Shown: in pieces, positions 12,480 to 25,800 of the stretch | Layout: each line of letters opens with the position of its first letter | Position numbering within the stretch: the first letter of the stretch is position 1 | DNA from: Macrostomum lignano | Taxonomy: Eukaryota | Direction: 5' to 3' | Length of the DNA stretch: 64,000 nt | Assembly (NCBI GenBank): GCA_002269645.1 | Contig: NIVC01000230.1 | Coordinates: 372,001 to 436,000, forward strand | Notes under the pieces: generated by a model | What the model saw: only the letters and a program-made list of their open reading frames with translations | Database searches by the model: none | Told to the model about the DNA's origin: nothing | Made by a program: the position numbers and the translations under genes

Positions 12480-13137
12480 TGGCCTGAAGTGGATTCTGAA
12501 GGACCTGAGGGGGAGTGATCTGAGGCGGATTCTGAAGGGCCTGAAGGGGAGTGACCTGAGGCGGGTTTTGAAGGACCTGAACGGGAGTGACCTGAGGCGG
12601 GTTTTGAAGGACCTGAACGGGAGTGATCTGAGGCGGATTCTGAAGGGCCTGAAGGGGAGTGACCTGAGGCGGATTCTGAAGGGCCTGAAGGGGAGTGACC
12701 TGAGGCGGATTCTGAAGGGCCTGAAAGGGAGTGACCTGAGGCGGATTCTGAAGGACCTGAAGGGAGTGATCTGAGGCGGATTCTGAAGGGCCTGAAGGGA
12801 AGTGATCTGAGGCGGATTCTGAAGGACCTGAAGGGGAGTGATCTGAGGCGGATTCTGAAGGGCCTGAAAGGAAGTGATCTGAGGCGGATTCTGAAGGACC
12901 TGAAGGGGAGTGACCTGAGGCGGATTCTGAAGGGCCTGAAAGGAAGTGACCTGAGGCGGATTCTGAAGGGCCTGAAGGGGAGTGACCTGAGGCGGATTCT
13001 GAAGGGCCTGAAATGAAGTGACCTGAGGCGGATTCTGAAGGGCCTGAAAGGGAGTGACCTGAGGCGGATACTGCAGAACCTGAAGGGGAGCAATCTGAGG
13101 CGGATTCTGAAAGACCTGAAGGGGAGTGACCTGAGGT
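12480..13137. repeat. 36-bp minisatellite, about 18 copies
   Basis: Unit CTGAGGCGGATTCTGAAGGGCCTGAAGGGGAGTGAC. Confidence 0.92.
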
Positions 13138-13919
13138 ATAGCAGCAAGAAGCCTCAGGAAGACTCAAGAAACGCAAGTACTCATAATGCATGGCAAAACT
13201 CACTAAGAGAAATTACCCACTTCGAAAACATGTCAGCCAATGATTTGTTGAGCTCAAACAACCGCTGAAGATGAAGCTGCGCTAATCTGTTAGGCTCAAG
13301 TTTGAGCTCCGATAAGAACAGTTCTCGAGAAAAGAGCCTCTCGATTCTGCAGGCCCAGTGATGGCGAATTCCCAGCTGGAGTGGGCGTTAAGAGTAGAGA
13401 TTTTCGACAAGCAATCTAACTGAATGTCCATCAAATGAGTTTATTATGAGTTGAGCTTGAGAGAATGCTTTTTTGATATTGCCAGATTTCAACTTTTTTA
13501 AGATGTAAAGTTTCGGCTCGTAATTTACTTTCACTGAGTTTGATTCGGTGATAGTCGCAGGTTAGGAATTGATTTTATTATGATTGCAGCAGGTTCTCAT
13601 GTTAGCATGAATTCCTACTCCTAGTAGCAACGAAAGAATAGTGAAATTTCATAAATAAATAGATAAAAAATTGAATAAATTTTAACAAGCTAGAACATCG
13701 GTTATGCAAACTAGCTGTTACAATGGCATTGAAATATGCTTTTTTAATTAAAGAGGTTACGTCAAAGTTATAATATAATTAACAAGTGCTACTTTTTAGC
13801 TAGTTATAGTAGATGTTCTAGGTAATATGGATGCTCATTAGATGTACTAGATATTTAATAGATGCTCTAGATGATTTAGATATTTACTAGATGCTCTAGA
13901 TGTTTACTAGACGTTCTAG

Positions 13920-16370
13920 ATGTTCACCTAGATGATCTAACTGTTCACTAGATGTTCCCCTAGATGATCTAACTGTTCACTAGATGTTCCCCTAGATGAT
14001 CTAACTGTTCACTAGATGTTCCCCTAGATGATCTAACTGTTCACTAGATTTCCCCTAGATGATCTAACTGTTCACTAGATTTCCCCTAGATGATCTAACT
14101 GTTCACTAGATGTTCCCCTAGATGATCTAACTGTTCACTAGATTTCCCCTAGATGATCTAACTGTTCACTAGATGTTCCCCTAGATGATCTAACTGTTCA
14201 CTAGATATTCCCCTAGATGATCTAACTGTTCACTAGATTTCCCCTAGATGATCTAACTGTTCACTAGATATTCCCCTAGATGATCTAACTGTTCACTAGA
14301 TATTCCCCTAGATGATCTAACTGTTCACTAGATATTCCCCTAGATGATCTAACTGTTCACTAGATTTCCCCTAGATGATCTAACTGTTCACTAGATTTCC
14401 CCTAGATGATCTAACTGCTCACTAGATTTCCCCTAGATGATCTAACTGTTCACTAGATATTCCCCTAGATGATCTAACTGTTCACTAGATATTCCCCTAG
14501 ATGATCTAACTGTTCACTAGATTTCCCCTAGATGATCTAACTGTTCACTAGATATTCCCCTAGATGATCTAACTGTTCACTAGATATTCCCCTAGATGAT
14601 CTAACTGTTCACTAGATATTCCCCTAGATGATCTAACTGTTCACTAGATATTCCCCTAGATGATCTAACTGTTCACTAGATATTCCCCTAGATGATCTAA
14701 CTGTTCACTAGATTTCCCCTAGATGCTCTAACTGTTCACTAGATTTCCCCTAGATGATCTAACTGTTCACTAGATTTCCCCTAGATGATCTAACTGTTCA
14801 CTAGATTTCCCCTAGATGCTCTAACTGTTCACTAGATTTCCCCTAGATGCTCTAACCGTTCACTAGATATTCCCCTAGATGATCAAACTGTTCACTAGGT
14901 GTTCCCCTAGATGATCAAACTGTTCACTAGGTGTTCCCCTAGATGATCAAACTGTTCACTAGGTGTCCCCCTAGATGATCAAACTGTTCACTAGATGTTC
15001 CCCTAGATGATCAAACTGTTCACTAGATTTCCCCTAGATGATCAAACTGTTCACTAGATGTTCCCCTAGATGATCAAACTGTTCACTAGATGTTCCCCTA
15101 GATGATCAAACTGTTCACTAGATGTTCCCCTAGATGATCTAACTGTTCACTAGATATTCCCCTAGATGATCTAACTGTTCACTAGATATTCCCCTAGATG
15201 ATCAAACTGTTCACTAGATGTTCCCCTAGATGATCAAACTGTTCACTAGATTTCCCCTAGATGATCAAACTGTTCACTAGATGTTCCCCTAGATGATCAA
15301 ACTGTTCACTAGATGTTCCCCTAGATGATCAAACTGTTCACTAGGTGTCCCCCTAGATGATCAAACTGTTCACTAGGTGTCCCCCTAGATGATCAAACTG
15401 TTCACTAGATGTTCCCCTAGATGATCAAACTGTTCACTAGGTGTCCCCCTAGATGATCAAACTGTTCACTAGGTGTCCCCCTAGATGATCAAACTGTTCA
15501 CTAGGTGTCCCCCTAGATGATCAAACTGTTCACTAGATGTTCCCCTAGATGATCAAACTGTTCACTAGGTGTCCCCCTAGATGATCAAACTGTTCACTAG
15601 GTGTCCCCCTAGATGATCAAACTGTTCACTAGATGTTCCCCTAGATGATCAAACTGTTCACTAGGTGTCCCCCTAGATGATCAAACTGTTCACTAGATGT
15701 TCCCCTAGATGATCAAACTGTTCACTAGGTGTCCCCCTAGATGATCAAACTGTTCACTAGATGTTCCCCTAGATGATCAAACTGTTCACTAGATGTTCCC
15801 CTAGATGATCAAACTGTTCACTAGATGTTCCCCTAGATGATCAAACTGTTCACTAGATGTTCCCCTAGATGATCAAACTGTTCACTAGATGTTCCCCTAG
15901 ATGGTCTAACTGTTCACTAGGTGTTCCCCTAGATGATCAAACTGTTCACTAGATGTTCCCCTAGATGATCAAACTGTTCACTAGATGTTCCCCTAGATGA
16001 TCAAACTGTTCACTAGATGTTCCCCTAGATGGTCTAACTGTTCACTAGATGTTCCCCTAGATGATCTAACTGTTCACTAGATGTTCCCCTAGATGATCAA
16101 ACTGTTCACTAGATGTTCCCCTAGATGATCAAACTGTTCACTAGATGTTCCCCTAGATGGTCTAACTGTTCACTAGGTGTTCCCCTAGATGATCAAACTG
16201 TTCACTAGATGTTCCCCTAGATGATCAAACTGTTCACTAGATGTTCCCCTAGATGATCAAACTGTTCACTAGATGTTCCCCTAGATGGTCTAACTGTTCA
16301 CTAGATGTTCCCCTAGATGATCAAACTGTTCACTAGATGTTCCCCTAGATGCTCTAACTGTTCACTAGAT
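13920..16370. repeat. 32-bp satellite, about 76 copies, with degenerate CTAGATG flanks
   Basis: Unit CACTAGATGTTCCCCTAGATGATC(T/A)AACTGTT. Confidence 0.95.
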
Positions 16371-16675
16371 GTTCTAGATGGTATAGATATTCATTAGCTG
16401 TTTCAGACGTTCAGTAGGTGATCTAGATGTGTTAATAGATGTTCCAGATGGCTGCTAGATGCTCTATAGACGCTGGCAAGAAAATTCTAAATTAGCCATT
16501 GAGCTTATAAAATATCCATTACGACAATCCCTATACTTCAAACAGGGGACTATATTTCTAAATAACTCGGAACTACACAACTCAACTTGCCATAGTTGCT
16601 TTCTACTCCTCAAGCAAAAGAACAAAACAAAGGAGAAAACAATTGTGACTGGTTGAATCCAGCTTCAGCTTGAAC

Positions 16676-17143
16676 TCAGTTGAACAGCAGGCGCCCGGAC
16701 ACCAGCAGGGCAGTCAGGAGCGCTGTCAGCATTGAAGCTTCAACCGACCGACTGGCTGCATTGCAAAAGTCTTTGCTGCACCGGCAGTAGGTCGCGCGGA
16801 CGCCCTTCGAGCCGACCCGATCGTAGCAGGAGTCCTCGGCGCTGTCGCCCTCCTCAACACTGGCCTTGCCGCCACAGTGCCGCACCACCACGTTGGTGTC
16901 GCCGACCTCCTGTCGCTGAGTCCAGCACACCTGAGCGTCTGGCACCGGAGGCCGCCTATTCTTGCCGAGCTGACGGCCGACAGCGCAGTCGGCCTTCAAA
17001 TCGTCTGGCGGATTTTGCAGACAGTCAGGCTCGGTCAGGCTGTCGCAAATGTAGCAGCTCAGGCCCGATGCCGGGGTCAGGAGGCTGGCGACGGCGACCA
17101 GGGAGCAGACGGTGAACAACAGGGAGTTCGGCTGGAGCAGCAT
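16676..17143 (-). CDS. Quiver/Sleepless-like Ly6/uPAR (three-finger) protein, probably GPI-anchored, 155 aa, single coding exon
   Basis: N-terminal signal peptide, then LSCYIC. Ten cysteines ending in YCRCSKDFCN. Hydrophobic C-terminal tail. A CCCGCAG acceptor lies 12 nt upstream of the ATG. Confidence 0.85.
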   Translation of the reverse strand: MLLQPNSLLFTVCSLVAVASLLTPASGLSCYICDSLTEPDCLQNPPDDLKADCAVGRQLGKNRRPPVPDAQVCWTQRQEVGDTNVVVRHCGGKASVEEGDSAEDSCYDRVGSKGVRATYCRCSKDFCNAASRSVEASMLTALLTALLVSGRLLFN

Positions 17144-17188
17144 GGCTAGCGGAGTCTGCGGGTGCGATGGAGTTCAGGCTCAAATTTG

Positions 17189-17535
17189 AGCACCAGGGGC
17201 TTTAGCACCAGGGGCTTTAGCACCAGGGGCTTTAGCACCAGGGGCTTTAGCACAAGGGTCTTTAGCACCAGGGGCTTTAGCACCAGGGGCTTTAGCACCA
17301 GGGGCTTTAGCACTAGGGGCTTTAGCACCAGGGGCTTTAGCACCAGGGGCTTTAGCACCAGGGGCTTTAGCACCAGGGGCTTTAGCACCAGGGGCTTTAG
17401 CACCAGGGGCTTTAGCACCAGGGTTTAGCACCAGGGGCTTTAGCACCAGGGGCTTTAGCACCAGGGGCTTTAACACCAGGGGCTTTAGCACCAGGGGCTT
17501 TAGCACCAGGGGGCGCCAGCACCAGGGGCACCAGC
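17189..17535. repeat. 15-bp minisatellite, about 22 copies, just upstream of the Ly6 acceptor
   Basis: Unit GCACCAGGGGCTTTA. Confidence 0.93.
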
Positions 17536-17994
17536 ACCTTGATATCTTCGAGATTCAGTTGATAGATGGAATCTATTCAATACTACGAGCTATATTCATT
17601 AGATGTTCTATATATTGTAAATAGCCAGTGAATTCCATGTAGCAGCACTGCCTACTGATTCATTCTAGTTGAGATGTTTACGTTGTAAGCATGTACATGT
17701 AAATTGATTTATTCAACTCACCAAAACTGTATGCAAAAAGTAGATTTAGCTATTGAATTTTAAAAATACAGAAGAAGCACCTTCAGGCAGAGGTCTTTAC
17801 ACAAGAGGAATTATTTCTCAGCGGCAGAAATACCGGCTTTTATCTGTAACTGTTTCTCTAGGGCCCGCGTTCTCAGGTGGGTCTGTCGTGAGAGCCAGAG
17901 ACTTCTAAACGGAGAGAGCATCTGGACTGCTGGTCTTCTTTATCTGCAGTAAATTTAAAAACTATACCACATTCGGAAACGATTTTAGTGCCTC

Positions 17995-18525
17995 TATAGC
18001 GCCCCAGAATAGAGTTTAGCGCCAATTAAGCGTCACAGCCTAGAGTTTAGCGCCAACTAAGCGCCATAGACTAGAGTTTAGCGTCAATTAGGCGCCACAT
18101 AGCCTAGAGTTTAGCGTCAATTAGGCGCCACATACTAGAGTTTAGCGCCAATTAAGTGCCATAGACTAGAGTAGAGTTTAGCGCCAATTAGGCGCCATAG
18201 ACTAGAGTTTAGCGCCAATTAGGCGCAATAGACTAGAGTTTAGCGCCAATTAAGTGCCATAGACTAGAGTTTAGCGTCAATTAGGCGCCATAGACTAGAG
18301 TTTAGCGCCAATAAGGTGCCATAGACTAGAGTTTAGCGCCAATTAGGCGCCATAGACTAGAGTTTAGCGCCAATTAAGCGCCCCAGACTAGAGTTTAGCG
18401 CCAATCAAGCGCCATAGACTAGAGTTAAGCGCCAATTAAGCGCCCCAGACTAGAGTTAAGCGCCAATTAAGCGCCCCAGACTAGAGTTAAGCGCCAATTA
18501 AGCGCCATAGACTAGAATTTAGCGC
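17995..18525. repeat. About 31-bp minisatellite
   Basis: Unit AGACTAGAGTTTAGCGCCAATTAGGCGCCAT, containing a GCGCC-N5-GGCGC stem. Confidence 0.9.
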
Positions 18526-19842
18526 CGATTTCTAATCCAGATCTCTATCTTAAGATCGTCCATGAAACGGGCACCCCTTCACCTCCAACCCCTAACACGG
18601 CGCCCCCAATCGTACATTACTCCTTGCAATTGCAGTCAAACTAAAAGACAGGCTTTCTTATCTTATCTAAAACACGAGCGAATCCCGAAGATTGCAACGT
18701 ATTGGCCGCATTGCAGAGACTGCACTGGGTTTATTGCTATATACATGTATAGGCTTGATAGAATTTGAACTGCTTACATTGAAACATTGCTCACACTGAC
18801 CTCTTTGGCATGCTTAAAAATGGCCAGTCAGGAACAAGCCATTTTATTGTTTTAATTTTCTCTTTCTAATTGAACGATTTTTTTCTTATTTATGCGAAAA
18901 CAGTACAGTTGTTTTCAGATCTACGAGATCGATGTAAATTGATAGACCAAGTCAGAAGCAACCAATCAATCATCTAAACAATTAATCAAAACAATTAAAA
19001 CAAGCAATCAATTTAACAAACACACAATCAATTAAGTAATCAAGAATTCTTACACTCAACCAGTCAATGCCACAAATAAGCATTAAATTGACCAGTAAAA
19101 ATCGGTTTATTTTTGACAGATTCATTGACAGATTTATTTTTGATCAATCCATTCTAGACTTTAGCCAGGTGCAGCCGCGCCAGTCAATCAATATATTTAG
19201 TGTGCAGATTTAGGATTTGATCATGATTAGCACAATTAAAAGTACATACTCCAGCTACTCTACTCAGAAAATGGCAATGTAAAAACTGGTAAAAGTCAGG
19301 TACATATAGGCATACAAAAGGGTTGCTGTGTACACAAACTCAGTGTGAGCTTTTCAGACTAAATATAGATGGCTTACATAAATAGCATTGCTTGTTGGTG
19401 CAGTGAAATTCTATTAAGAATAAAGGAGAGAGGGAGAGAAATCAAATACCATTGAGAAATATAAAGCGTTAGTGAATTTTATATGTAACAGTTACGCATA
19501 CTACTACTTTACAACAAAGTGAGTAGTATTATAGAAGAAAATTTTAAATTTAAAGCACAATTTACTTTAAGAAAGTCTTTAAAACTCCTTTCAAAGTCGA
19601 AGTAAAGTTCAGAAAAACCTACAGATGTACCTTGTTCTTTGCTTGACAAAAAACAAACCCAAAATCGTGCAAACAGGTAAAAAATTGTCGGACTAAATTA
19701 CCTACTAGAAAATGCGATAAATGCCGGATATCATAAGGATTAGCTATAGATGACAAACAACAGCTGTTTAATTCTTTAGCGTAACAGGAAAGCCAAAATG
19801 TGAGTTCCAATTCAAGCGAGTGCAGTTATGCCGATATGGTTA

Positions 19843-20219
<377 letters not shown>

Positions 20220-20774
20220 TATTTTTATTAGCCACAAACACCCAATTGCGAAAACAGAATGAAATTATACAAAAAGGACACCATGAACTAGCAAAACTAA
20301 ACAGAGTTCTGTAAACAAACAATTGATAAGATACAAACTGCACCATAGAAGCAAAGGAATGTAGCGAAAAATGTATTGAAAAAATCTTTATTCAAAATGT
20401 CAGCTCCAGGCTTTTAACAATTTGCTATATAAAGTTCGTACAGTACTAAAAATAAACTAGCAAAGTTAGGAGATCAAAGGCCATCAGCGGTGCAGTTGGT
20501 GCACTTCGTGCGAAGCAGATATGTACAAAAAGGGAAGGAAAAAAATCAGTACGCTGATTTTCACTGGCCCGTCGCTATGACAGCAAAAAGGAATGTTTCA
20601 GAATTTTAAACAGAAAACATGTATAAACTAATTTCACAGCCGTAAACTTCTTTGCTTTGAAAGCTTTGCTGAAATGTCTAAAGAAGTTATTTAAACAGTT
20701 GTATAATAATATTATATTAAGTATAGTATACAAGGCTAAAATTAAGTCTGTAAAAGGTCTTGAACAATCAGGGA

Positions 20775-22737
20775 CAATTCTCAATGGGAGATTCTCAATG
20801 GGGAGATTCTCAATGGGAGATTCTCAATGGGGAGATTCTCAATGGGGAGATTCTCAATGGGAGATTCTCAATGGGAGATTCTCAATGGGGAGATTCTCAA
20901 TGGGAGATTCTCAATGGGGAGATTCTCAATGGGAGATTCTCAATGGGGAGATTCTCAATGGGAGATTCTCAATGGGGAGATTCTCAATGGGAGATTCTCA
21001 ATGGGGAGATTCTCAATGGGAGATTCTCAATGGGGAGATTCTCAATGGGGAGATTCTCAATGGGAGATTCTCAATGGGAGATTCTCAATGGGGAGATTTT
21101 CAATGGGAGATTCTCAATGGGGAGATTCTCAATGGGAGATTCTCAATGGGAGATTCTCAATGGGGAGATTCTCAATGGGAGATTCTCAATGGGGAGATTC
21201 TCAATGGGAGATTCTCAATGGGGAGATTCTCAATGGGAGATTCTCAATGGGGAGATTCTCAATGGGAGATTCTCAATGGGAGATTCTCAATGGGAGATTC
21301 TCAATGGGAGATTCTCAATGGGAGATTCTCAATGGGAGATTCTCAATGAGAGATTTGAAGGGAGATTCTCAATGGGAGATTCTCATTGAGAGATTTGAAG
21401 GGAGATTCTCAATGGGAGATTCTCAATGAGAGATTTGAAGGGAGATTCTCAATGAGAGATTTGAAGGGAGATTCTCAATGAGAGATTTGAAGGGAGATTC
21501 TCAATGAGAGATTTGAAGGGAGATTCTCAATGAGAGATTTGAAGGGAGATTCTCAATGAGAGATTTGAAGGGAGATTCTCAATGAGAGATTTGAAGGGAG
21601 ATTCTCAATGAGAGATTTGAAGGGAGATTCTCAATGAGAGATTTGAAGGGAGATTCTCAATGAGAGATTTGAAGGGAGATTCTCAATGAGAGATTTGAAG
21701 GGAGATTCTCAATGAGAGATTTGAAGGGAGATTCTCAATGAGAGATTTGAAGGGAGATTCTCAATGAGAGATTTGAAGGGAGATTCTCAATGAGAGATTT
21801 GAAGGGAGATTCTCAATGAGAGATTTGAAGGGAGATTCTCAATGAGAGATTTGAAGGGAGATTCTCAATGAGAGATTTGAAGGGAGATTCTCAATGAGAG
21901 ATTTGAAGGGAGATTCTCAATGAGAGATTTGAAGGGAGATTCTCAATGAGAGATTTGAAGGGAGATTCTCAATGAGAGATTTGAAGGGAGATTCTCAGTG
22001 AGAGATTTGAAGGGAGATTCTCAATGGGGAGATTCTCAATGGGAGATTTCATGGGAGATTCTCAATGAGAGATTTGAAGGGAGATTCTCAATGAGAGATT
22101 TGAAGGGAGATTCTCAATGAGAGATTTGAAGGGAGATTCTCAATGAGAGATTTGAAGGGAGATTCTCAATGAGAGATTTGAAGGGAGATTCTCAATGAGA
22201 GATTTGAAGGGAGATTCTCAATGAGAGATTTGAAGGGAGATTCTCAATGAGAGATTTGAAGGGAGATTCTCAATGAGAGATTTGAAGGGAGATTCTCAAT
22301 GAGAGATTTGAAGGGAGATTCTCAATGAGAGATTTGAAGGGAGATTCTCAATGAGAGATTTGAAGGGAGATTCTCAATGAGAGATTTGAAGGGAGATTCT
22401 CAGTGAGAGATTTGAAGGGAGATTCTCAATGGGGAGATTCTCAATGGGAGATTTCATGGGAGATTCTCAATGAGAGATTTGAAGGGAGATTCTCAATGAG
22501 AGATTTGAAGGGAGATTCTCAATGAGAGATTTGAAGGGAGATTCTCAATGAGAGATTTGAAGGGAGATTCTCAATGAGAGATTTGAAGGGAGATTCTCAA
22601 TGAGAGATTTGAAGGGAGATTCTCAATGAGAGATTTGAAGGGAGATTCTCAATGAGAGATTTGAAGGGAGATTCTCAATGAGAGATTTGAAGGGAGATTC
22701 TCAATGAGAGATTTGAAGGGAGATTCTCAATGAGAGA
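20775..22737. repeat. Compound satellite: 14/15-bp unit changing to a 26-bp unit at about 21345
   Basis: G(G)GAGATTCTCAAT units, then GAGAGATTTGAAGGGAGATTCTCAAT units. Confidence 0.95.
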
Positions 22738-22815
22738 TATCTTAAACTGCAATAGCAATACTATAAAAATTTCTACCACGTAGAAGAAAAGCAAAAAGCT
22801 CCTGCCAAATGGAAA

Positions 22816-25800
22816 TCAAAGATCGTGAAATATTTGCATAGCCATAATCTCTCCAGTGCTCATAGTTTGAGTAGCCACCGACGCGGTGCTGGCGGAGACC
22901 AGACTGGCGCACTGGGAGCACAGCTCCGACGCCGTCTCGGAAGCTGCGTCCGGCTGTTTGACTTCAGGCTGATAGGCAGACGGCTGACCCCCGATCAGTT
23001 TCAAATTGGCGACATTGTCGGCCAGGTTGTCTTCGAGATCGAAGTCGGCGCCGAACTCGCCGATCTCGGCCGGGTCGGAGGAACCGCCGCTGCTCACCGA
23101 CCAGCCGTCGCGCTGGTTGTCGATGTCAGACAGGAATTTCACGTCGTCGGCCAGATCGAGGAGGGTGGCGGCGGAGGATCTCGGCTGTTGGGACGGCGGG
23201 ACAGCGGAGGAGGCTGGGCGCTCCATCAGAGCTTGGTCAGACTCGCGCCACACCTGGGTGGCCCGCCATTTTGCACGGCTGTCCTTGGTGGCCAAGATGG
23301 CGTTGAAGTAGACGGTGTCGTTCACCTGGGAGGTAGGTGGGTTGGGGACTGAGCATGACTGCTGTGTGAGGCTGGACTGTTCGATGGCTGTCAGCCCGAG
23401 GATCTGGGAGGCCGGCACAGCAACTGAGGATCTGGGAGGCTGGCCCAGCAACTGAGGATCTGAGAGGCTGGCCCAGCAACTGGGGATCTGGGAGGCTGGC
23501 CCAGCAACTGGGGATCTGAGAGGCTGGCCCAGCAACTGGGGATCTGGGAGGCTGGCCCAGCAACTGAGGATCTGGGAGGCTGGCCCAGCAACTGAGGATC
23601 TGGGAGGCTGGCCCAGCAACTGAGGATCTGGGAGACTGGCCCAGCAACTGACACTCTGAGAGGCTGGCCCAGCAACTGGGGATCTGGGAGGCTGGCCCAG
23701 CAACTGGGGATCTGAGAGGCTGGCCCAGCAACTGAGGTTCTGGGAGACTGGCCCAGCAACTGAGGATCTGAGAGGCTGGCCCAGCAACTGAGGATCTGGG
23801 AGACTGGCCCAGCAACTGAGGATCTGAGAGGCTGGCCCAGCAACTGACACTCTGAGAGGCTGGCCCAGCAACTGAGGATCTGAGAGGCTGGCCCAGCAAC
23901 TGAGGATCTGGGAGACTGGCCCAGCAACTGGGGATCTGGGAGGCTGGCCCAGCAACTGAGGATCTGGGAGGCTGGCCCAGCAACTGAGAATCTGGGAGGC
24001 TGGCCCAGCAACTGGGGATCTGGGAGGCTGGCCCAGCAACTGAGGATCTGGGAGGCTGGCCCAGCAACTGAGAATCTGGGAGGCTGGCCCAGCAACTGGG
24101 GATCTGGGAGGCTGGCCCAGCAACTGGGGATCTGGGAGGCTGGCCCAGCAACTGAGGATCTGGGAGACTGGCCCAGCAACTGAGGATCTGGGAGGCTGGC
24201 CTAAGCAACTGGGGATCTGGGAGGCTGGCCTAAGCAACTGAGGATCTGGGAGACTGGCCCAGCAACTGAGGATCTGGGAGGCTGGCCCAGCAACTGAGGA
24301 TCTGGGAGACTGGCCCAGAGGATTCGAGCGCCAGCCCTTACCTTAAAATACTTCTGCAGGTCGTCCACGTGTTTAAAAATAGACCGATCAAAGAAAACGT
24401 GTTCGTGCCGACCCAGGTCGATGATGCCCCACAGCTTGGCGCAGTGGAACACGCGGCCTCGGCGGTTGGACAGCGAGCGAGGCGGCGGCGGATCGGCAGT
24501 TGTCGACGACGAGGACTGGCTGCTGAGCCGCAGACTGCGTCGCTGAAATTCGTTGCGCCCGAAAGCCGAACCATTCGAAACCATGGCGTCCGGCCCGGTC
24601 GAGTTTAGGTTGAACAGGCGGGGCCGCTTTCTAAGAAATTCCTCCAATTCGAGCTGCGTCCAGCCGATGAAGTTGCGGGCGGCCTCGGCGGAGTCGCCCG
24701 ACCTGCGGCGATTTTTCATATGGGCGATTTTCTATTTATATAGGCGATTTTCTATTTATATAGGCGATTTTCAATTTATATAGGCGATATTCTATTTATA
24801 TAGGCGATTTTCTACATATATTGGCTATTTTCTACATATTGGCTATTTTCTACATATATAGGCGATTTTCTATTTATATAGGCGATTTTCTACATATATA
24901 GGCGATTTTATATTTATATAGGCGATTTTCTATTTATATAGGCGATTTTCTATTTATATAGGCGATTTTCTATTTATATAGGCGATTTTCTATTTATATA
25001 GGCGATTTTCTATTTATATAGGCGATTTTCTACATATATAGGCGATTTTCTATTTATATAGGCGATTTTCTATTTATATAGGCGATTTTCTATTTATATA
25101 GGCGATTTTATATTTATATAGGCGATTTTCTACATATATAGGCGATTTTCTATTTATATAGGCGATTTTCTATTTATATAGGCGATTTTCTATTTATATA
25201 GGCGATTTTATATTTATATAGGCGATTTTCTATTTTTTATATTTATACGTGGATTTCCGGAAGGCTTTTGACTCGGTGGCCAGGCTAGCGATTGCATGGC
25301 TGCTGTCCTACTACGGCGTCCCCCCTGCACTGGTGGCTGCGGTGATGGATCTGTACAGCGATTCCAGGGCATTTGTTCAGTCGAGCGACGGCCCCACTGA
25401 TGAGTTCAGCACAAGCTCTGGCGTCCTTCAGGGCGACACGCTGGCTCCTCTGCTTTTCATCATGGTCGTGGACTACGTGCTGCGCCGGTCTCTCCATGAT
25501 GACGACGGCTATGTGCTAGTCCCACGTCGAAGCTCCCGACACCCTGCAGTCCCGCTGCCGGCTCTTGCGTATGCAGACGACATCGCACTCCTCTGTCGCG
25601 ATCCAGCTGCTGCCCAACGCGCTCTCTTAAGACTCTGCGAGGAGGGCGCTCGGGTTGGACTGATGATCAACGCACTGAAGACAGAAGTGCTGCACGTGGG
25701 CACTGATACCGCCCCGGCACTAGATCTGCCCAACGGAGACGCCATCGCGGTGTGCGAGGACTTTCGGTACCTCGGCTCCCTGGTGATGAGTCCCGACTCC

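Noticed and set aside
12420-13430. Acidic frame PEADSEGPEGE with a TGA in every 36-bp unit, continuing into coding-like sequence (possible read-through or selenocysteine)
   Set aside because: The same frame also has TAG and TAA stops just outside the array, and there is no SECIS evidence. More simply a repeat expanded in decayed sequence.
11388-16370. CRISPR-like appearance of regular 27-36-bp repeats
   Set aside because: There are no unique spacers and no cas genes, and the context is eukaryotic with spliced genes.
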